Of a stretch of 20,000 nucleotides of DNA, positions 1-8,500 are shown in pieces. Location of the stretch: the NCBI GenBank assembly GCA_000934665.2, contig KZ538070.1:114848-134847 (forward strand), read 5' to 3'. This DNA is from Catajapyx aquilonaris (Eukaryota). A program made the position numbers and the translations under genes. The notes below the pieces were generated by a model. The model was not told where the DNA came from. It did no database searches and saw only the letters and a program-made list of their open reading frames with translations. The stretch's first letter is position 1, and the number at the start of each line of letters is the position of its first letter.

Positions 1-1182
1 GTACCCCTCAAAATTTTAACCCTGGCGTAACATAACCCCTAGCTTTTTGGACAAAAACCGCATGTACTAACTAACAAGTGGTCTCAAGCAGGTTTTCCAC
101 AGAAAAAAAGACTTAAGTGCAATTTTTGCACCGATTTTTTTTTTTTCCTGTAGGTATTGGTATACATACCCGAAACATACCCACAGCCAAGTGGCTCCAG
201 AAGAACCGCGGGGGAAAAAAATCCATTTCTTTTTTCCGGACTTTTTCCGGGGGAAAGTCCCGGAGCGTGAAAATGGCTCGTTAGGACTGTCTGCGGCCAA
301 AAAGTATTGTGCCGGGTTGAATGAAATCCGTTTGATGGCAGCTCTTCTCTTCTTCTTGGGAGCTTTTTTTTTTGTGAACGCTATCCGGGGAGAATCACGC
401 CCGGAGAAGAATCCGGAGCAATCCAACCTCCCTCCAAGATGAATCTCCTTTTGCCAATAACGGAAAAGCAGTAGAGAAAGCCGTTCTGCAAATACGAAAT
501 GAGTCTTGGATTTTCTGTGTGATCCGGATTCAAAATGGACGATCCGGGCACTGCCAGACACGGTCAGCCTCCTGTAAAGATAGACAGCAGACGGCAGGTG
601 TTGGCGCTCAAGCTGCTCAGGCACATCTTTGCATCTGCCCATGCTTAAAGATTTTTCCGCAACATGTTCCGCACCATTGTACCCCCATCATGGCCATACA
701 CACACACAAAAAAAAAATACCGGTACTGGGTTTGAGCCAAAGGTGCAAAGGTGCTGCCTCTTGCCCGATGCTAATTCAGTTACAAGTCCTGTGAGAGCTA
801 GGAAAAAATAGAGATGCAATTTCGTAGAACCACCTGCTGCTGCCTGGGACCAGTTGTCGCCTTCAATATGGAGACATTTCTTTTTTTTTAATCAGGAGGT
901 TTCGTGGGGGTTGGCAGAAGGTACCGTTGTCTTCGCTCTTCGAATGGCACGTATTGTGATGTAAATGAAGACGGAATATGAAACGGAGCCTTCAGGGGTC
1001 GGTTGAAAAGAATCATCCGGGCTTAAGCCACTTTTCCACAGGTTGAGTGCTTCCGACTGACAGTCTCAAAGAAAAGCAAGAAGCACTGTCTTAACCCAGT
1101 TCGGTTCAAAAAGCTTTTAGGCCCCATATTCGACGATCCGGACCTTCAAGGGGACGGACAAAGGAATATACTTGAATCTATC

Positions 1183-1545
1183 AGCCAATCACGCGTCTGG
1201 TACCCCAGAAGTGGCTCTTAGCCAATCACATAGCGGTCGGTATAGGCAGTAGCCAATCACGCGTCGTGTACCCCCCCAGAAGTCGCTCTTAGCCAATCAG
1301 GTAGCGTGTACCTTGTAGCCGGTATAGACAGTAGCCAATCACGCATCGTGTACCCCCCCCCCCCNCCCCCCCCCCAGAAGTCGCTCTTAGCCAATCAGGT
1401 AGCTTGTAACTTGTAGTCGGTATAGGCAGTAGCCAATCACGCGTCGTGTACCCCCCAGAAGTCGCTCTTAGCCAATCAGGTAGCTTGTACCTTGTAGCCA
1501 ATCACATATCGGCCGGTATATGCAGTAGCCAATCACATAGCGTGT
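1183..1545. repeat. Intronic imperfect minisatellite (~80-bp unit made of two ~40-bp subunits) with 10 AGCCAATCA boxes
   Basis: Unit agccaatcacgcgtcgtgta(c)nagaagtcgctcttagccaatcaggtagc..gtac/acttgtag.cggtatag.cagt repeated about 4 times; AGCCAATCA at 1183, 1220, 1251, 1291, 1333, 1389, 1431, 1470, 1496, 1527; ambiguous base at 1365 within a poly-C run. Confidence 0.93.
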
Positions 1546-2438
1546 ATCTCGGATAAACGTGCTTGAGACCATGTTCTTGTCAAATCCTGCAACTGTATGT
1601 CCCCTACCCATATGCCCTTTACAATGTTGGTACCCTTGCATGAAAAGGATTACTATATCTGACCCTTGGGAAGTTTTTTTTGCACACATTTTCCGACCCC
1701 TGCAGAATCTACCCCCAAATTTTCTCTGTCCTGAAGAATGTTGACATATAACTCGGACCGGGGAATGCGTTATTCCCAAAAGCATTACTGGTTGACCCCT
1801 TCTGCACTGGACACCAAGCAGTCACTCTGCTTGGAAGCAAGGAGTTATTTTTCCCTGAACAACCATTATGGTCGAAATATTATGGCCTTTTTCTGTTTAT
1901 TTTCAACCCCCCCTCTCTCTTGCTATATTTCCTGTGGCTCAGAGGCGGACCACTCTGATGCTACGAAATTTGAAAAAAAGAAACACCCTGTACCTTGGCT
2001 TTATGTTTTTTTTTTTTCTGTTTCCATGTTCTGTGTGTGCTTTCGTTGTTTGTTGTGTACCATTTTTTCATGGTTAGGAAAGAGTGTGAGGGCTATTAAG
2101 ACGCCTTTTTTCACACTAGTAGATGGTGTCATATTACCAAGTCGTCTCAATCTTTTTGGTCGATATAGTGCCCACAAGATGTTCCTGTGCATGGGGGGAA
2201 CTGTTGTGTATGGGGTTGGGTTCAAACATGGGCAGGGGTTGGAAGCACCAGCTGTGGATCCCAGCTGCAGATGAGGGGGGGAAATCCTTGGGAATAAGCT
2301 AACAAAATGTGCTCAATACTTTTTTGCAATTTAAATCTATGAAAGCACAGTTCTTTTAGTTTCTTTTTTTTAAAGTTATTGGCTTCCTATTTTTCCCCAT
2401 TTTTTAGTTTTCCTTTTTTTTCCAACCGTTATTTCCAG

Positions 2439-2545
2439 ATGTCATACCATGTCCAGCTGCAGTGTGGAGGTTACCAGTGATGATTTTGGGGATCCGTGTC
2501 CCGGCACCCATAAATACATAGAAGTGCATTATTCCTGTGCGATAG
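2439..2545 (+). CDS. Cirl: Lectin-domain exon variant A (candidate mutually exclusive exon)
   Basis: tttccag|A...ATAG|gttggt, 107 nt, phase 2 to 1, long pyrimidine tract upstream; encodes [35 protein letters not shown]. Confidence 0.85.
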
Positions 2546-5500
2546 GTTGGTTTCCATTTTTTTGCCTCTTTAAGGAGCCGGGAATTTTTTTGGGGGGAAA
2601 AAGTGGTTTGGATGTGGGCAACCTTCAGCTTTTGCTGTGAAAAAGCAGTGAAGCAAATCGCAGCTTGAGGAAGCACACATCCTAACCTGTTCTTTTTTTT
2701 CCAACTTCCCAGCTTCTTCGTTATAGGATTATAGGAGGAGGGGTCCGGCATTGTTGCGGGTAAGTCCGGACTCACCTATCGGCGTGCTGCAAGAAAATGA
2801 CCCAAATTTGTACAGCGTTAAAAACCTGGCAACAACACCTGCCCCCAAAAGCTTCCCGACCTTTCAACTAGATGCCGCTCGGCTCCGACCGCCTTTGTTT
2901 CCCCCCTCCTGCCTGACCACCTCCCCAGCATTTCCACCACCTCACAGAAGGAGGCGGAGGGCCATCGACCTTCAGAAGTTGGCTCTGAGCGAGGTCAGCT
3001 CTTTTTTGGAGGCTACTCCCGTTCATACCCACCCCCCTATTTCCAGCCCCTTCCGCCAGATGGCAGCACCTCCTTGTTGTCGATGGGTAAACGCGCCCGT
3101 AGCGACCAAACCCGGAACTATACCCGGGAAATTTGAAAATTTTGCAGCACGCCCCTCCGAAATTAGTTTTAAGTGTTGTGAGGGGGGAACGCAACCAAAA
3201 AAAAAATGTTTGGGTTTTTATCACCAGATGTAGCCAACAGCAGAACTGCAGCATCATTGCGACCACCAGTACGTTTGGTGATCCCTGTCCAGGTACTCTC
3301 AAGTACCTGGAAGCTCATTACCAATGCACACCAGGTATGACAATCACTCTTAGAGGTGCCAGTTGTAAAATGTAATGTTGGGCCACCCCCGACTTGTCCA
3401 GCCGGAGGAGGAATATATGGGTAGATAACAATGTTGGAAAAAAATGGCAGTTTCTGACACAACAATGCAATCACTCCGGTGGGGGATAAAAGCCAGAAAA
3501 TGATGTTCTGTGTTGTTAAGAGCGTGTTGACCAACTGTGCAGATTTACGATGACAGGCTTTAGTTTTTTTTTTCCTGGTTGTGACAAGTTGTAGCACTTG
3601 TCCTTTCCACTGGTCAAGAGAAAACTAGTAGACCTTGCGGTTGGGAGGGGGGACAAGTTTGGATGGTGACCGCCGGCTTTGCCTGCTAAATTTAACTGTA
3701 CTGTGAGACACCTACAAGCTGGTTGAGTAGGTGAGGAAGCACTTGAAGACACATGCATGCCAGCCGGGGATTAATAAGCTGCTGAATAATGGGCCGCCTC
3801 GTAGTTATATTTCTGATTTGTAAATGAAGCATTAATATGTGCCTTGCTGTCCTCAGTTAGTTAACAAATGAGGCGGCCGTAGGACTTGTAGATGCAATTT
3901 GATCATCCTGATGGTTACAACATCTTGTAAAGAGCTAGAAGTGACCTCTTGTTGTTGTTTTATCCAGCCACGAGCAGCACGACCACCAGGCCGCGGCCGC
4001 CGTGGCTACTCAGCACAGATCCGAGTCTCTGGAGCACTGCCAAACCTGCCACCCTCCGGCCGCTACCAGGAGGTGCCAACACTACCGGGTACTTGGATTC
4101 AAGCACCACGGTGGCCTCCAGCAGCGCCGGATTCAGCAGCACTGCCGCAACTACCACTGCCAGTACCACGACCACCACGACCACCACCACGACAACCCCT
4201 CCTCCCATCAAGGTGGTGCCACCCCGTCCAAAAGACTGGGAAGGTGGGAGGGACAGGGAGAGTCCAGTGCATGTGTGGGAGACCACGCAAGGCATGGTGG
4301 CAGTGTCCGCCACCAGCACAACATCCACCACCAGTCCATCCACCACTACGGTCACTGGTGACCCTCCAACCCCGAGGGTCCCAATGGCAACGTCATCCTC
4401 TCCGCAGCAGTGGGACGAAGCACGTCCAATGCCGCAGCACTGTGGTCCCACGGAGACCAGAGGTTTGTTCTGGAACTACACCCGGAGTGGAGAGGTGGCG
4501 GTGCAGCCATGCCCAGGCGGTGCAACAGGGTTCGCAAGGTGGAGGTGTGGGGGTAGTGACCCGGCCTCATGGGTTAGGCCGGCACCAGACCTGTCCGAGT
4601 GCAAGTCTGTGTGGCTCACCAGCCTAGAAACCAGGATACTAGAGGGGGACTCGATCATCAGCATCTCCAATGACTTGCTCCAGGTAAGAGGATGTACCAT
4701 GCTGCCACTACTCACATGCCTTTCTCACTTGGCTGGAAATTAACTTTTCATCTTATTACCACAGGTGACAAGCAGCAAGACCCTCTATGGTGGGGACATG
4801 CTGGCGACAGCCACCATCATAAAGCGGTTGGCAGAGAAGATGAACTCGGACCTGCAGACATTCCCGGACCCACTCCAGAGGGAGGCCATAATCACAGAGC
4901 TCCTCCAGAGTGTGGTCCAGACGGGCAGCAACCTCTTGGACAATCCTAGGCATGCACCATGGAGAGATCTAGGATACGATGAGCAGATGAGGGTGGCCAC
5001 TGCACTTCTCATTGGCCTGGAGGAAAACGCTTTTCTGCTTGCTGAAACTGTTGGGCGGGAGAAAACCGTCCTGCAGGCTGTCAAGAATATATGTACGTGT
5101 TGCAAATGGTTTCAGATGCTTTTGCAAATTTTGTTAAATTTTTCGCGAGTGATAACGTGTGCTGGAGTTTAACTGTCTAATTTTAAGTTTGCAACATTCT
5201 CTCTTTTCAGTGGCAACGGTGAAGGTAGTGGAGACCCGAAACATCCAGGAAGTGCGATTCCCACCAGCAGCTGCATTGGAACTGTGGGACTCAGCGGACA
5301 ACAGCTTAGTCCTCCCTGCAGAGGCTCTTTTGGAGAACAGTGACAATGGCTTGGTTCGTTTGGTTTTCTTTGCATACAACAACATGGAGGAGGTGCTCCA
5401 GCCCCATCCGGATGTGGCGGGTGGGACGGGATTGGTGTATGCAGAGAACAAGGACTTCCTGCAGAATGGAAGGTACAACGGCACACGCATACTCAACAGC

Positions 5501-8500
5501 AAGGTGATCTCTGCCTCACTGGGGAAAGGAAGGCACATTCAGCTTCCCGAGCCTGTGCTCATCACCTTCAGGCACATACGGACAGAGAATGTCAGTAATC
5601 CCTCCTGTGTCTTCTGGGATTACACCATGAGGTAAGCAGAGAGGCAACAGGTGCCCTAACAATTCAAATTATGGAGGATATATCTGTTTATATGGATAAT
5701 GTATTGTGAAAATGCACACGTAATCTGCTTTCAACCCACCAGTCATAAGTGTCAGTCTTTGTGAAATCACATTCTGAATATTTTCTAGCCTAGTTGAATC
5801 ACAACTGTCAGTATCTGTATTAACCTACGGAAAAGGGTTGGAGTTTGGTGGATTTTGAATAATGGCATCGGCCTTTTTATTTCAGTTCATGGTCCGAAGA
5901 AGGTTGCCAAGTGCTGGGGACGAACCACACGCACACCAGCTGTATGTGCGACCACCTGACCAACTTCGCCATACTGATGGACGTCCATGCCGTGCAAGTG
6001 CCCCTGCCACATGAGCTTGCCCTCTCTGTGATCACTTATGTTGGATGTGTGGTTTCTATCATATGTCTCGTCCTGGCAATATGTACTTTCCAGTTCTTCA
6101 GAGGACTCAAGGTAGATACACTCTGGGATCTTGGACACAATTTTGTTTATTTTTCCAAGTCTCTCCTCCCTCCCCTAAACTAATCCGATCGAGTGTTTCC
6201 CCCTAATGGAAGGAGACATTAATATTTAATGTGGGTTTTTTGGCTTTGTTGTTTAAGCTAGATATATTTTTTTGTGGCATCGAGTCATCAAAATTTGCCT
6301 GACGAAACAATAATTTAAAAATCAGGATAGAGTTAACAATATTTTTTGGAGAGGAGAAGAAGCCTCAGACTATGTTCATTCAATGCTACTGCTGATTTGC
6401 ATGGACATTTTTTGAAAATGTGACTAAAATGGACTCTTCCCCCCTGCCCCCCTGTTCCCGATTTGGTTTTCAGTCTGATCGCACCACTATCCATAAAAAT
6501 TTGTGCCTGTGCCTCCTTATTGCCGAAGTGCTCTTCTTAGCCGGGATTGGTCAGACTGACAAGCCAATCTTGTGTGGCATTGTGGCTGGATTGCTGCATT
6601 TCTTTTTCCTGTGTGCTTTTGCATGGATGTTTCTCGAAGGTTAGTGCCAGTCCATCCGTTTTTATGTAAGTGTTTACACGGGCGGGGTTTGACGCAAGAA
6701 AAAAAAAAGACATAGTCTGGCTTCATTTCTGCATATGTAAAGCATTTTGGGGGACCATTTCTCTCTCGACAGGTTTCCAGTTGTATGTCATGTTGATAGA
6801 AGTGTTTGAGGCGGAAAAGTCCAGGGTACGGTGGTACTACGCCATTGCTTATGGCGTTCCTACCATCATTGTGGCCGTGTCTGCCGTGGTGGACCCTTTC
6901 AGTTATGGCACTGAGCGCTACTGCTGGCTGAGGGCAGATAACTTCTTCATCTTTAGTTTTGTGGGACCAGTCATTACTGTGATACTAGTGAGTACCCATT
7001 CGTCATTTTACACTTTTTTCACTTTGAGCAAGTTGTAACACAAATCTTCTTTCTCGTTGCAGGCTAATCTAGTCTTCTTGAGCATGGCCATTTACATGAT
7101 GTGCCGCCATGCCAATGCCTCTGCCACCATGAAGAACAAGGAGCAATCGCGTCTTGCCACGGCCAGGTACTCATTCTTTGCCGTCTTCTACCTCGGTGGG
7201 CTGCAGGCCTCATGGGTGTTGGTAGAGTTGTCTTTTAACCAGGGATGGTGCTCAAACTCTTTGAGGTCTCCTCTACCATTAGATTTGGCATTGACATTCA
7301 TTGGTGTAAATCCTCCTTTTGTTCATACTATCAGACATTCCTGTATTTCAAGTACTCTTGGAAGATATGAAGATATGCTTATTTGCACATTAATTGCTCA
7401 ATACTTCATGTAACTGAATTTGGTTTATTTTTAACACAACTTAATTTCATTATTGCAAGTATGGTACTGCTATTTTACATGGAATGTGAAGTCCAACATC
7501 AAATTGAAATTCTGATCTTTCACCAAATAGTATTTGAAATGTTTTCCACTAGTCCGCAGTTTGCAGTTCCATATGTATCGTCAGTACCCATACTTGTGAC
7601 TGCTGCCTAATGACACCCTTATATTGCACAGAACAGAAATCGTCGTATCTGTTTCAATGGAAATGTCACCTCAGGTTTATGTGTACATTTGTGTACTCTT
7701 GGCCACACATGACAGTGAAGTGATGAGGCAAGTGTGTGAGAGCATGTGTGACATTCCATCAATACAGATATGAGCTGATTTTTGTTCCTTGCGGTATTTA
7801 CATGTATGGTTGAGCACTGCTGGTTTAAAGTGCATGGACACAAAGTACATTTGCACATAAAACACCGTAGATTTGATGGAGTCTTGTGGTTGTGGGACTA
7901 ACCTGTATTTTCTTGTTTTGCATGACTAGTGGGAAGGAGGAGAATGCCCTTCAGTCAAAGTTGAGGTCACATTTGTAAGCCAGTTTCCTTAATATTATTT
8001 TCTCCCCTGCAAAACTACCTCCAGTTTTTAAGTTTGATCTCTTTCTGTTTTTTCCTATCGCTCACCACTCCCATCCAAAAGTAGCAAGCACAACATGGCT
8101 TTTAGCAAGTAGCATTGCTCCAGCCATAGTGATCCGAGAGTGAGAGAGTACTCCCTAATAGCGTGCTGTTTTGCTTTGCAGGACATGGCTGCGTGGCGCA
8201 ATAATTCTTGTGTTCCTCCTGGGCCTTACGTGGACCTTTGGCCTGCTGTACTTGAACGAACAGTCAATGGTCATGGCCTATGTATTCACAGTGTTGAATA
8301 GTTTGCAAGGCCTCTTTATTTTTGTTTTCCACTGTGTTCAGAATGAGAAGGTAAGATCATTTGTGGGCTCCACACCTACCTTGTTATAGAGGCAGGGCTC
8401 TCCCTTTGTTGTTTTTTCAGTCTCATTTTTAAACTTGTACATAGTTTGAAAAGGGGGGGATGGAATAGGTTTAAGGCTGGATTGTAATGGCTGAAATAAT

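Noticed and set aside
1..50. TAACCC-like words suggesting telomeric repeat
   Set aside because: Only two scattered imperfect words, not a tandem array.
1183..1545. Repeat-spacer look resembling a CRISPR array
   Set aside because: The spacers are themselves repeated, the invariant core is only 9 bp, there are no cas genes and the context is eukaryotic and intron-containing.
1738..2274. 178-aa ORF with NHYGR and LFGRYS resembling the lectin N-terminal 'ANYGR' motif
   Set aside because: No matching cysteine spacing or convincing splice sites, and the ORF is built from homopolymer runs; treated as chance. The first lectin exon is presumably upstream of the window.
2751..3302. Overlapping ORFs on both strands between the two lectin exons, with a minus-strand donor-like site near 2775
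   Set aside because: No recognisable protein and no consistent exon chain.
3899..4715. Alternative-frame and antisense ORFs (poly-Val, Pro-rich, His-rich)
   Set aside because: Shadows of the GC-rich, Thr-repeat Cirl exon.
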